A stretch of DNA of 64,000 nt from Actinomycetota bacterium (GTDB lineage Bacteria > Actinomycetota > Actinomycetes > S36-B12 > GCA-2699445): NCBI GenBank assembly GCA_029978705.1, contig JAPOIY010000013.1:455-64454 (forward strand), in the 5' to 3' direction. The notes under the pieces are model-generated. The model saw only the letters and a program-made list of their open reading frames with translations, searched no databases and was not told the DNA's origin. Numbering within the stretch: the first letter of the stretch is position 1; each line of letters begins with the position of its first letter. Shown here in pieces: positions 39,733 to 48,601 of this stretch. A program made the translations under genes and the position numbers.

Positions 39733-39881
39733 CCGCACCCCTTGCCATGCTGCCACCCCGGCTCCAGTGTGCGTCAGATCCTCGGAGATGTCTGCCAACG
39801 CCGGACCGCTGGCCTGCCCCGGGCGGGGCAGCCCTGCGCTGTCTCCGCAGCAGGTGTGGGCCTGCGGAGCAGTTCTCCGGA

Positions 39882-40064
39882 CTAAGCGGCTTGGGATGCC
39901 CCCGGCAGGGCGGCCGCGGCCGGCACCGGGGTCCGGCCCTTGCGCTCGTCGTACTCGCGCCGCAGCGCGACCCTCGGGTCGGCGTGGTCGGCCAAGTCCG
40001 CCGGGCCGAAGAAGGTGAGGAGGGTTTTGTTGGCGAAGTGCTTCATGGTGAACAGGATGTCCAT
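39882..40064 (-). CDS. Small hypothetical protein (60 aa)
   Basis: AAGGGAG lies 7 nt upstream of ATG 40064 ([43 protein letters not shown]...). Third-codon positions are G/C-rich. The longer ORF-track form (to 40181) lacks a ribosome-binding site. Confidence 0.55.
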   Translation of the reverse strand: MDILFTMKHFANKTLLTFFGPADLADHADPRVALRREYDERKGRTPVPAAAALPGASQAA

Positions 40065-40232
40065 GGTGGCTCCCTTGGTTACGTCTGACCGTAGAACTGC
40101 GGCAAAACTGTTGCAAGGGGGTGTCACCCGAAGGGGTGACCCGGCGTCTGAGAAAAAGCAGGCGGCAACGGCCGGGCGCAAGTGGCATCCCCCCGACGCG
40201 CGTCACTAGCGTGATGGGGTTGCGCCGATCAG

Positions 40233-42062
40233 ATGGGACCGACCGTGGACGACGTGCTGGACACTCCGCAGTTCCGGGAGACGATACGGGACCTCGCCGC
40301 GGAGACGGGCCGCTCCGAGGCCGACCTCATGACCGAGGCCGAGGCCGACCTCGCGGAGATGGCCACCAAGCCGGGGAACCTCACGGTGTCCGGCTGGGAC
40401 CGCTTCTGCCACTGGTTGGCCCGTGCCTACAAGTTGGACTACCTGCCGGCCGAGGTCGAACGGCTCAAGGAACTCAACCGCGAGAGCGCCCTGATCTTCT
40501 TGCCGAACCACCGGTCGTACCTCGACCCCCTGGTGCTGCGTTCGGCGCTGGAGAAGCACGGCTTCCCGCCGAACAACGTGCTGGGCGGGGCCAACCTCGC
40601 GATCTGGCCGCTCAACCACGTGGGCCAGCGCAACGGGATCGTGTTCATCCGGCGGGAGTTCCGCGAAGACCATCTCTACCGCGCCGTTCTGAAGCGGTAT
40701 CTCGCCTACCTCATCGAGCACCGGCAGAACCTGGAGTGGTACATCGAGGGAGGGCGGACCCGGACCGGCAAGCTGCGTCCGCCTCGATACGGGATCCTCA
40801 GCTACGTCGTGGACGCGTTTGCGGAGTACCCCGAACATGACGTGCGGATCATCCCCACCTCCATCATCTACGACCAGCAGCACGAAGTGGGCGCCATCTC
40901 GGAGGAGGAGACCGGCGGGGCGAAGAAGGCCGAGAGCCTGGGATGGCTGTTCGACTTCGCCAAGTCGCAGTCGCGCCGCCTGGGCCGCGCCCATCTGCGC
41001 TTCGGCGAACCGCTGTCACTGCGTGATGCCCTGTCGCTGACGCTGGACGACGAGGGCAACGCCCGGCCCCGGCTGGCCGTTCCCAAGGTCGCCTTCGAGG
41101 TCGCCGACCGCACCAACGCGGTCACCCCGGTCACGCCCAGCGCGCTGGTCACCTTCGCGCTTCTCGACAACGGCGATCGGGCCATCCCCGTCCCGGAAGG
41201 CCGCCACATCCTGGAGCCGTTGTTGACCTACATCAACGAGCGGAACCTGCCGGTCACCCAGGAGTTCGACCTGAGCGACCAGGGTCCGCTGCGGGAGGCG
41301 CTCGAGACCCTGGTGCGAGAGGGCGTCGTGACGGACTACGACGGCGGGGACGAGTCGATTTACTACGTGGAGTTGGAGCATCAGCACGAGGCCGCGTTCT
41401 ACCGCAACACGATCATCCACCACTTCGTCGCCCGGTCGATCGCCGAGGTATCGCTGGTGGAGGCCGCCGAGGACGACGCCCAGGATGCCGCCGCCGCGAC
41501 CTGGCGGAATGCCCGCCGCCTGAAGGACCTGCTGAAGTTCGAGTTCTTCTTCCCCACCACCCCGGAGTTCGCCCGCGACATGGAGGAGGAGATCTCCATC
41601 GTGCACCCGGGATGGCAGGAGGAGTCGTGGACCGCCGCTGGCATCCTTTCCGTGCTGCGGGACCAGCGACTGTTCCTCGCCCATCGCGTGCTGGGGCCGT
41701 TCATCGAGGCCTACAGCCTGTTCGCCGACGAACTGGAGAAGTTCCCCGTGACCGAGGAGATCGACGAGGCGGAACTGGTCGACCGATGTCTGGGGCTGGC
41801 CCGGCAGCATTGGATGCAGCGCACCCTGCACACGCCGGAGTCGATCTCCCGGGACTACTTCCGCAACGCTTTCCGGCTGGCCGACAACCAGCACCTCATC
41901 TCCCCCGATGAGCCCGACCTGGCGGCGCGGCGCAAGGCGTTCGCCGAGGAGCTGCGCATGCTGGTACGACGGATCGACGACATCCGCCTCATGGCGCTGG
42001 CCTCGGGCGAGCCGCTGCTGACCGAACGCGCCGCTCAGGTGTTGGGAGGCGGACGTGGCTGA
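40233..42062 (+). CDS. plsB: Glycerol-3-phosphate acyltransferase (PlsB-like)
   Basis: Acyltransferase H(X)4D motif ([13 protein letters not shown]), FIRREF and [11 protein letters not shown] blocks characteristic of PlsB. 609 aa. Confidence 0.85.
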   Translation: MGPTVDDVLDTPQFRETIRDLAAETGRSEADLMTEAEADLAEMATKPGNLTVSGWDRFCHWLARAYKLDYLPAEVERLKELNRESALIFLPNHRSYLDPLVLRSALEKHGFPPNNVLGGANLAIWPLNHVGQRNGIVFIRREFREDHLYRAVLKRYLAYLIEHRQNLEWYIEGGRTRTGKLRPPRYGILSYVVDAFAEYPEHDVRIIPTSIIYDQQHEVGAISEEETGGAKKAESLGWLFDFAKSQSRRLGRAHLRFGEPLSLRDALSLTLDDEGNARPRLAVPKVAFEVADRTNAVTPVTPSALVTFALLDNGDRAIPVPEGRHILEPLLTYINERNLPVTQEFDLSDQGPLREALETLVREGVVTDYDGGDESIYYVELEHQHEAAFYRNTIIHHFVARSIAEVSLVEAAEDDAQDAAAATWRNARRLKDLLKFEFFFPTTPEFARDMEEEISIVHPGWQEESWTAAGILSVLRDQRLFLAHRVLGPFIEAYSLFADELEKFPVTEEIDEAELVDRCLGLARQHWMQRTLHTPESISRDYFRNAFRLADNQHLISPDEPDLAARRKAFAEELRMLVRRIDDIRLMALASGEPLLTERAAQVLGGGRG

Positions 42063-43491
42063 CATCGAGTGGCTGCTGGAGCAGATCGAGACGGGCCCGG
42101 AGGGTCCCCACGTCGGGGCCTTCTTCGACTTCGACGGCACGCTCATCGACGGGTACTCCGCGACGGCCTTCTTCCAGGAGCGCCTGCGCAAGGGCGACAT
42201 CGGGGTCAAGGAACTGGTGGCGACCCTCACCGAGTCGGTGAACGTGGAGCGGCGCGGCCACGACGTCGATGAACTGATGCGCATCGGAGTGGGGGCCCAG
42301 AGCGGCAAGTCCCTGGACGAACTGGAGCGCTGGTCCACGAAGGTCTTCTCGAAGAAGATCGCCGCCAAGCTCTACCCCGAAGCACGCGTGCTCATCGACG
42401 CCCACAAGCGGATGGGCCACACCGTGGTGATCGCCTCCTCGGCCACCCAGCCCCAGGTCAAGGCCACCGCCGACGACCTGGGGGTGCGCCACCTGGTGGT
42501 GACCGAGATGGAGGTCGAGGATGGCAAACTCACCGGACGGCTCGACGGTCCCATCCGCTGGGGCCAGGGCAAGGCCGACGGAGTGCGCCAGTTCGCCCGC
42601 AGCCACAAGGTCCGGCTGCGGGACTCCTACGCCTACAGCAACGGGGCGGAGGACGTCCCGATGCTCGAGGCGGTGGGCCACCCGTGCGCCCTCAACCCGG
42701 ACCGGGAACTCGTGGAGATCGCCCGCCAGCACAAGTGGCCGATCACCGAACTGAAGAAGCCGCCCTCCACCACACCGACGGACGTGGTGCGCAGCGCCGC
42801 CGCCATCGGCGTGTTCGCCAGCTCGGTGGGGGCCGCCGCCACGCTGGGTCTGGTCAACGGCTCCCGCCGCATGGGGGCCAATATCGCCGCCAGCGCGGGG
42901 TCCGACCTCGGGCTGGCGGCCGCCGGAGTCAGGTTGAACATCGTGGGTGAGGAGAACGCCTGGAAGGACCGGCCCGCGGTCTTCCTGTTCAACCATCAGA
43001 GCCAGTTGGACGTCTTCGTCCTCGGGGCGGTGCTGCGGCGGGACTTCACCGGCGTCGCCAAGAAGGAACTGGAGTACAGCCCCTTCTTCGGGCCGATCGG
43101 GTACCTGGCCGACGTGGCCTACATCGATCGCAGCAACAGCAAGAAGGCCCAGCACCAGCTGGAACCCGTCGTCGAGGCCCTGAAGTCCGGCCGCTCCATC
43201 GCCATCGCGCCCGAGGGCACCAGGTCCCCGACCAGTCGCCTGCTCCCCTTCAAGAAGGGGCCCTTCCACATGGCCATGCAGGCCCACGTCCCGATCGTCC
43301 CCATCGTCATGCGCAACTGCGGGGAGATCATGGCCGCCCACTCGTTCGTGATCCACCCCGGTACGGTCGATGTCGCGGTGCTGCCGCCGGTGTCCACCAA
43401 GGGATGGAACAAGGACAACCTGGACGAACACGTCAAGCAGATCCGCGACATGTACCTGCACACGCTGGCGGACTGGCCGACGTCGCTGTGA
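42055..43491 (+). CDS. plsC: Bifunctional HAD-IB phosphatase / 1-acyl-sn-glycerol-3-phosphate acyltransferase (PlsC) fusion
   Basis: N-terminal HAD motif I FFDFDGTLIDG. C-terminal H(X)4D (FNHQSQLDVFV) and IAPEGTRS. 8-nt overlap with plsB-like (GTGGCTGA). Same fusion and gene order as I recall for M. tuberculosis Rv2483c/Rv2482c. Confidence 0.88.
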   Translation: MADIEWLLEQIETGPEGPHVGAFFDFDGTLIDGYSATAFFQERLRKGDIGVKELVATLTESVNVERRGHDVDELMRIGVGAQSGKSLDELERWSTKVFSKKIAAKLYPEARVLIDAHKRMGHTVVIASSATQPQVKATADDLGVRHLVVTEMEVEDGKLTGRLDGPIRWGQGKADGVRQFARSHKVRLRDSYAYSNGAEDVPMLEAVGHPCALNPDRELVEIARQHKWPITELKKPPSTTPTDVVRSAAAIGVFASSVGAAATLGLVNGSRRMGANIAASAGSDLGLAAAGVRLNIVGEENAWKDRPAVFLFNHQSQLDVFVLGAVLRRDFTGVAKKELEYSPFFGPIGYLADVAYIDRSNSKKAQHQLEPVVEALKSGRSIAIAPEGTRSPTSRLLPFKKGPFHMAMQAHVPIVPIVMRNCGEIMAAHSFVIHPGTVDVAVLPPVSTKGWNKDNLDEHVKQIRDMYLHTLADWPTSL

Positions 43492-43518
43492 CGGCCACGT
43501 GCCGATAGGTTGGGGCCC

Positions 43519-44277
43519 ATGTCGCGCACCCTGATGCCCATCCCCGCCGTCACCGTCACCGGGGGCCAGTGCCCCCTGCCCCCCAAACCGGGCCCCGGCC
43601 TGGGGGTCGAGAACGGTTCCGTCCACGACGCGATCGAGGGCTGGCGCAAGCAGGGGGCCCACGTGGTCATGCTGATCGACGGGGACGCCCACGCCGGGTC
43701 CGGTTCCAACGCCGCCGTCATCAAGGACGCGATCCACCACGGCCACTCGGTCCACTTCGTGGTGGCAGGTGGCGTGCACGACCAGGCCTCCCTCGACCTC
43801 GCTCTCGGCATGAACCCCTCCCGGGTGGTGATCGATGTGGCCACGGCCGACCGCAAGTGGCTGTACGAGGCCTTCGCCGCGCACGGCCAGCACGTGATCG
43901 CGGGACTGAACGTCCACGGCATGGACGTCACCGATCCGGGCGGCACATCGGTGGGCAACCTGTACGACATCGTGCTCGACCTGGACGGCCACAACTGCCC
44001 GCGCTACCTCGTCGTCGAGGCCACCCGCCGGGGGCACTGGCACCACAACGACAAACACGTGCTCGCCGGCGTCTGCGAGTCGGTGCGCCACCCCGTGTGG
44101 GCGCAGGGCGGTATCGACCGGTTGTCGGACCTGCATTCACTGGAGGACCTCGCCCCGCGGCTGGAGGCGGCCGTCATCGACGAACCGCTGTACAGCGGGC
44201 GGTTCACGTTCGACGAGGCGATCACCGCCACCCAGCCCCGCTTCGACCCCTACGAGTGGGCGCCCCCGCAGCCCTGA
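43519..44277 (+). CDS. HisA/HisF-family TIM-barrel protein, catalytically degenerate
   Basis: Colinear by eye with HisA (..PAVTVTGG.., VVMLIDGDAH, VVAGGVHD, WAQGGIDR, AAVIDEPLYSGRFTFDEA). The two catalytic Asp positions read Thr and Asn. Confidence 0.65.
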   Translation: MSRTLMPIPAVTVTGGQCPLPPKPGPGLGVENGSVHDAIEGWRKQGAHVVMLIDGDAHAGSGSNAAVIKDAIHHGHSVHFVVAGGVHDQASLDLALGMNPSRVVIDVATADRKWLYEAFAAHGQHVIAGLNVHGMDVTDPGGTSVGNLYDIVLDLDGHNCPRYLVVEATRRGHWHHNDKHVLAGVCESVRHPVWAQGGIDRLSDLHSLEDLAPRLEAAVIDEPLYSGRFTFDEAITATQPRFDPYEWAPPQP

Positions 44278-44283
44278 GTGGAC

Positions 44284-44901
44284 TCAGGCGGGCAGCGTGT
44301 GAGCACGTGCCGTCACGCCCGCCGCGATGTAGCCGCTGGGCATGACGACGGGGTCGGGGGCCTGGCCGAACCGCCAGACGTAGACCGCGACGCCGCGTTC
44401 CCGCCACTCCAGCGGGTGCCAGCGGTGGCTGCCGATGGTCTCCCACCCGACGTAGTTGCTGTCGCGGACCCGGTAGACCCCCGGTTCGATGGCCTCGAGG
44501 ATGATCGCGGTGTGCAGGATGGACTCGTTGTTGTCGTCGCGGGTGTCGGGGAAGTCCTTGCGCTTCTGGGACGGGGTGATCACCTGGATCACGTCGCCGC
44601 GCTGCCCGGCTCGGGGGTCGACCAGGATGCCGCCGGCGCGTTCGTAAGCCCCGTAGTACGCGCCGCCTGGGGTGCCGTACCCGTGAATCCGGGCGCGGAT
44701 GTCGTGGCGGGCCAGGACCTCGTTCACGACCCGCTGCGCGAACACCTTGCACTGGCCGCCGTAGCCGTTGGCGTGGGCCTCGGCGCGGTCGGCGATGGCG
44801 TCGGCGGGGAAGTCCCAGGCGCGGGCGGGACCGGACGCCAGCAGCACCAGGGCGCAGGCGGCCAGGGCGGCGCGCAGCACGGACCGGGGGAGGGTGGGCA
44901 T
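44284..44901 (-). CDS. Secreted papain-fold (CHAP/NlpC-like) putative amidase
   Basis: Signal peptide (ALVLLASGPARA). GGQCKVFAQRVV (nucleophile Cys context), GDVIQV, LHTAIILE (His). GGAAGG lies 5 nt upstream of ATG 44901. Confidence 0.6.
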   Translation of the reverse strand: MPTLPRSVLRAALAACALVLLASGPARAWDFPADAIADRAEAHANGYGGQCKVFAQRVVNEVLARHDIRARIHGYGTPGGAYYGAYERAGGILVDPRAGQRGDVIQVITPSQKRKDFPDTRDDNNESILHTAIILEAIEPGVYRVRDSNYVGWETIGSHRWHPLEWRERGVAVYVWRFGQAPDPVVMPSGYIAAGVTARAHTLPA

Positions 44902-45033
44902 GGGGACCTTCCAGATCGGCACGGCTGGTTACTGACAGCCACACGGAGTGAATTGTTGTCCGCTCCCAGCGTGGCTGCCACCGATTTCCGGAACAAGGTC
45001 AACGGAGCGTGACTTTCCCCACACGCAGAGTAA

Positions 45034-46776
45034 TTAGGTGGCGGTGCGGTCCGGGTTCTGAGCGCGATACGCCTCCACCAGGGTCGGCAATGTGGGGAAG
45101 ACGTGATCCTCGCCGACATGCCCGAGGATCCCCGCCCGGGCCAACTGGTCGAGCAACTCCCGTTTGGCGCGCACGAGGCACACCGTGAGGTCGGCCTCCT
45201 GCAGGTCCCGCACGAGCCCGGCGAGCGCCTCCGCCGCGGTGGAGTCGATCGAGATGATCGCCTCGCAGTTGAGCGCGAACCACCGGAGCCCGGGCTCCCG
45301 CTCCGCGACCATCTGGCGGGCCTCCGTGACGAAGTCGTGGGCATTGGCGAAGAACAGGGGGGAGTCGTAGCGGAAGACCAGCAGCCCCGCGACCTCGGCC
45401 GTGTCCGGGAAGTCCATGACGTCGTGCATGCCGGCCAGTCCCCGGGTGAATCCGAGTGCCGCAGCGTGGGGTCGGGCCACGCGGGCCAGGAGGGCCAGGA
45501 CCGACAGGGCGACGGCGACCAGCACGCCGTTGAGGATCCCGACGAAGAGCACGGCCACGCACGTGGTCACGGCCAGGGCGAACTCCACCCGGCTGAACCG
45601 CCACAGCGCCCGGAAGGCGCTGATGTCGATGAGCTGCAGGGCCGCGTAGATCACGAGGGCGGCCAGCCCCGCGCGGGGGAGCACCGAGAGGACGGGCGCG
45701 AGCAGGAGGAGAACCAGGAGCACCGCGGCGGCCGCGACCAGCGAATACCCCTGGGACTGGGCGCCGGAGGTGCGAGCCAGGGCGGTGCGGCTGCCGCTGC
45801 TCGACACCGGCATGCCCTGGAAGAACCCGCAGACGACATTGGCCGCGGACATCGCCCGCAGTTCGGCGGCCGTGTCGAGGTGTTCGTGGCGGGTCCGGAA
45901 GGCCCGGCCCGTCAGCACCGTGTCCGTGAACCCCACCAGGGCCACGCCGGCGGCAGCCAGGACGAACAGTTCCCGGCCCACGTGGGGCACGACCGGGACC
46001 GCTGGCGCCGGCAACCCCTGCGGAACGGCCCCCACCAGGGGGATGGCCAGCCCCACGGCGGTGAGCGCTGCCGCGACGAGAGCAGCCACGACGACGGCGA
46101 TCAGCGGGCCCGGGAGGCGGGGGGCAGCGCGCCCCAGGACGACCAGCAGGACCAGCACGCCCAGCGCCAGGGCGACGACGGCTGGCTGTGCCTGCGGGAG
46201 CGAGCCGGCGATCGCCCCGAGGTGGTCCAGCAGCGACTCCCCTTCGGTATCCAGGCCCAGGAACGCGTCCAACTGCCCGTCGATCATGAGGATGCCGATC
46301 CCGGCCATGTAACCGATCAGGACCGGTCGCGACAGCAGATCGCTCACGAAAGACAGCCGCAGCACACTGCCCACGATCCCGACCAGTCCCATCACGAGCG
46401 CCAGGCCGGCCGCCAGGGCCGCATACTGCTGGGGATCACCCAGAGCGAGGGGCGCGATGATCGCCGCCGTCATGAGAGCCACGCTGGACTCCGGACCGAG
46501 GCTCAGCGATCGGGACGATCCCATCAGGGCGTAGATCACCAGAGCGGGCAGACACGCCCACAGGCCGACGATCGCCGGCAGCCCCGCCACGGTCGCGTAG
46601 GCCATCACCTGGGGAACGAGATAGGCGGTGACCGTGATGCCGGCGATGAGATTGCCCCGACCCCACGGCCGCAGCGGAGTCCCCAGCCCGGGGAAGAGCC
46701 ACAGCAGGACACCGAACGCCCGGTCCCGGGGGCGCGGCGGTGCGGCGCCTCGGTCAGCGGACAGCTCTCCCGCCAT
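45034..46776 (-). CDS. SulP family anion transporter with C-terminal STAS domain
   Basis: LIAGITVTAYLVPQVMAYATVAGLP and LSLGPESSVALMTA are SulP motifs. C-terminal STAS (..LVFRYDSPLFFANAHDF...). Start is ATG 46776 or upstream ATG 46833. Confidence 0.9.
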   Translation of the reverse strand: MAGELSADRGAAPPRPRDRAFGVLLWLFPGLGTPLRPWGRGNLIAGITVTAYLVPQVMAYATVAGLPAIVGLWACLPALVIYALMGSSRSLSLGPESSVALMTAAIIAPLALGDPQQYAALAAGLALVMGLVGIVGSVLRLSFVSDLLSRPVLIGYMAGIGILMIDGQLDAFLGLDTEGESLLDHLGAIAGSLPQAQPAVVALALGVLVLLVVLGRAAPRLPGPLIAVVVAALVAAALTAVGLAIPLVGAVPQGLPAPAVPVVPHVGRELFVLAAAGVALVGFTDTVLTGRAFRTRHEHLDTAAELRAMSAANVVCGFFQGMPVSSSGSRTALARTSGAQSQGYSLVAAAAVLLVLLLLAPVLSVLPRAGLAALVIYAALQLIDISAFRALWRFSRVEFALAVTTCVAVLFVGILNGVLVAVALSVLALLARVARPHAAALGFTRGLAGMHDVMDFPDTAEVAGLLVFRYDSPLFFANAHDFVTEARQMVAEREPGLRWFALNCEAIISIDSTAAEALAGLVRDLQEADLTVCLVRAKRELLDQLARAGILGHVGEDHVFPTLPTLVEAYRAQNPDRTAT

Positions 46777-46886
46777 ACCGCCAGCCTGACACACGAGGGT
46801 GCTCCCGATGCAGGGGTGCGCGACGGTGGTCACCCCCTTGTGGATGACCCGCCGGGCCGGCGCTGCCGGCCGCCTACCGTGCCCCC

Positions 46887-47558
46887 ATGCAGCACTTCGC
46901 CGGATATCCCGACACCGCCTTGGACCTCGTCGCCGCGATCGGCGCCGGGGACCGCGACTTCTTCCACGCCGCGCACGATCGATACCGGGAGGACATCCTC
47001 GAACCCACCCGGGCGCTGGTCCGGGATCTGGCGCCGTCGCTCCCGGCCATCTCAGCCGGGCTGCGCGCGGTGCCGTCCGTCAACGGGTCGATCGCGCCCG
47101 TCGCCAACGATGCCCGGTTCCACCCCGCCGCCCCCTACAAGGATCATGTGCTCCTGCGGTTCCGGGAGGAGGGGGCCACGGTCCACAGCCCGGCCCTCCT
47201 CCTGCGGATCGGTCCCGCCGGGATCGCCTTCGGGGCCGCCTGGCGGCCGGGCCCGGGTGCGCTGGCGCGGTACCGGGAGGCCGTCGCCGGCCCGGCGGGC
47301 GCGGTGCTGAGCGACGTGATGGCCGACTTCCTGAGACGCCCCCGCGCCGCCCTCGCCGGGGATCAGGTACGGCGCGTGCCCGCGGGCTTCCCCGCCGATC
47401 ACGAACGACAGGATCTGCTGCGCCGCACCCGGCTCATCGCGCACTGGCAGGAGCCCGTGCCCCGGGCCGTGCACTCCGCCCGGTTCGTGCCGTGGTGCGC
47501 CCGCCGGCTATACGCCTGCGGTGACCTCTACACCTGGCTGCGTCACCAGGTCGGATAG
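46887..47558 (+). CDS. DUF2461 (TIGR02453-like) protein
   Basis: F.G.P..ALDLVAAI....R.FF.A....Y......P.RALV..L, then NGSI.P..ND.RF...PYKDH, matches my recollection of DUF2461. Confidence 0.75.
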   Translation: MQHFAGYPDTALDLVAAIGAGDRDFFHAAHDRYREDILEPTRALVRDLAPSLPAISAGLRAVPSVNGSIAPVANDARFHPAAPYKDHVLLRFREEGATVHSPALLLRIGPAGIAFGAAWRPGPGALARYREAVAGPAGAVLSDVMADFLRRPRAALAGDQVRRVPAGFPADHERQDLLRRTRLIAHWQEPVPRAVHSARFVPWCARRLYACGDLYTWLRHQVG

Positions 47559-48452
47559 CGCGGCCATGCTGCCCTCCGGCTCCCAGTGCGCGACCATGCG
47601 GCGCAGGACCCGGCGCCACGCCTGGCGGAAGTACTCGACCGACCGTTCCCCCTCGGGGCCGAGCGGGAAGCCGTTGTGCACGAGCTCCACCTCCGTGCCG
47701 CCGGCCACCGCCGTGAAGGTGAGGACGACCCACGTCAGGACGTTGCCCCCCGACAGGTGGGGCGGGTTCTTCCACGAGAAGGACAGCATGCGGTCGGGAA
47801 CGTAGCTGAGGATGCGGCAGCCCTCCGTCCCCCGCGATGCGCCGGGCACGAAGCGCAACTCGAACGCGCCGCCGACCCGGAGGTCGATGCGGGCGTGCGG
47901 AACCGGCCACCAGCGGCTCAGCCGCTGGGCACTCGTCCAGGCTCCCCAGGCCACGGCCTGGTCGGTGTCGACGCGCGCCGACAGCGTCAGACTGCGGAAG
48001 TCGGTCCCCGAGGCCTCGGTGCGGGGGGCGTCCACGATGGACAGGTAGCGGGTGAGCATCGCGGGGGTCAGCACCTCAAGCATGACCCGGTCCTCCACCC
48101 ACACCTCGATGACCTCGAAACCGCCCCGGTCCTGGGTGCTCGCCGACCATCCGGCCCGGTCCGCCAGCGTCAGAATCTCGCCCTCGGTGCGGTCCACCGA
48201 GATGGCCGAGTGAGTGGCGGTCAGCCGCTGAGCGAAGTAGCTGTGGGAGAAATGGGTGCCACCCCCGGCGGCCGGGGACAACTCGGTGCCCCGAGGGTAG
48301 ATCTCGATGGCGGTTCCGCCCGCGTCCGGGGCCACGACGAGGTAGCCACCCGGCCACGCTCCGAACCGGCTCAGACGCCCACCCAGCAACTCGGCCAGAT
48401 GGCTGGCAACCTCCCGCGGCTGGTCCACCGCGAATGACACGTGATGCAGCAT
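47508..48452 (-). CDS. VOC (glyoxalase-fold) / SRPBCC (AHSA1-like) fusion protein
   Basis: Trimmed to ATG 48452 (MLHHVSFAVDQPREVASHLAELLGG, VOC N-terminus). The C-terminal half (..WWPVPHARIDLRVGGAFELRF...LSFSWKNP...TEVELVHNGF) resembles Aha1/SRPBCC. Confidence 0.7.
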   Translation of the reverse strand: MLHHVSFAVDQPREVASHLAELLGGRLSRFGAWPGGYLVVAPDAGGTAIEIYPRGTELSPAAGGGTHFSHSYFAQRLTATHSAISVDRTEGEILTLADRAGWSASTQDRGGFEVIEVWVEDRVMLEVLTPAMLTRYLSIVDAPRTEASGTDFRSLTLSARVDTDQAVAWGAWTSAQRLSRWWPVPHARIDLRVGGAFELRFVPGASRGTEGCRILSYVPDRMLSFSWKNPPHLSGGNVLTWVVLTFTAVAGGTEVELVHNGFPLGPEGERSVEYFRQAWRRVLRRMVAHWEPEGSMAALSDLVTQPGVEVTAGV

Positions 48453-48601
48453 GCCGCCCACTGTGGCATCCGATCCGGCGGCGTGCGGGCGGTTTGCAAA
48501 CTCCGACCGGTGCCCCACGCTGGGTGTGAAGCGGCCCGCGCTGGGCACACCGCACCCAGGAGCGGCGCCCCCCGCGCGCCGGCGGCGGCGAAGGGAGGAC
48601 C

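Noticed and set aside
40100-40140. Small GGTGTCACC / GGGTGACCC hairpins in the plsB upstream region, considered as a riboswitch or sRNA
   Set aside because: They are only short local palindromes. I recognise no conserved riboswitch core, and there are no repeats elsewhere in the window.
41989-44136. 715-aa minus-strand ORF opposite HAD-plsC and the HisA-like gene
   Set aside because: It is a shadow ORF antisense to genes with clear catalytic motifs. Its composition (G/R/D/H/V-rich) and lack of a ribosome-binding site argue against coding.
45103-47310. 735-aa plus-strand ORF opposite the SulP transporter
   Set aside because: It is a shadow ORF. SulP on the other strand has unmistakable family motifs, while this product is Arg/Gly/Asp/Gln-rich and non-hydrophobic.
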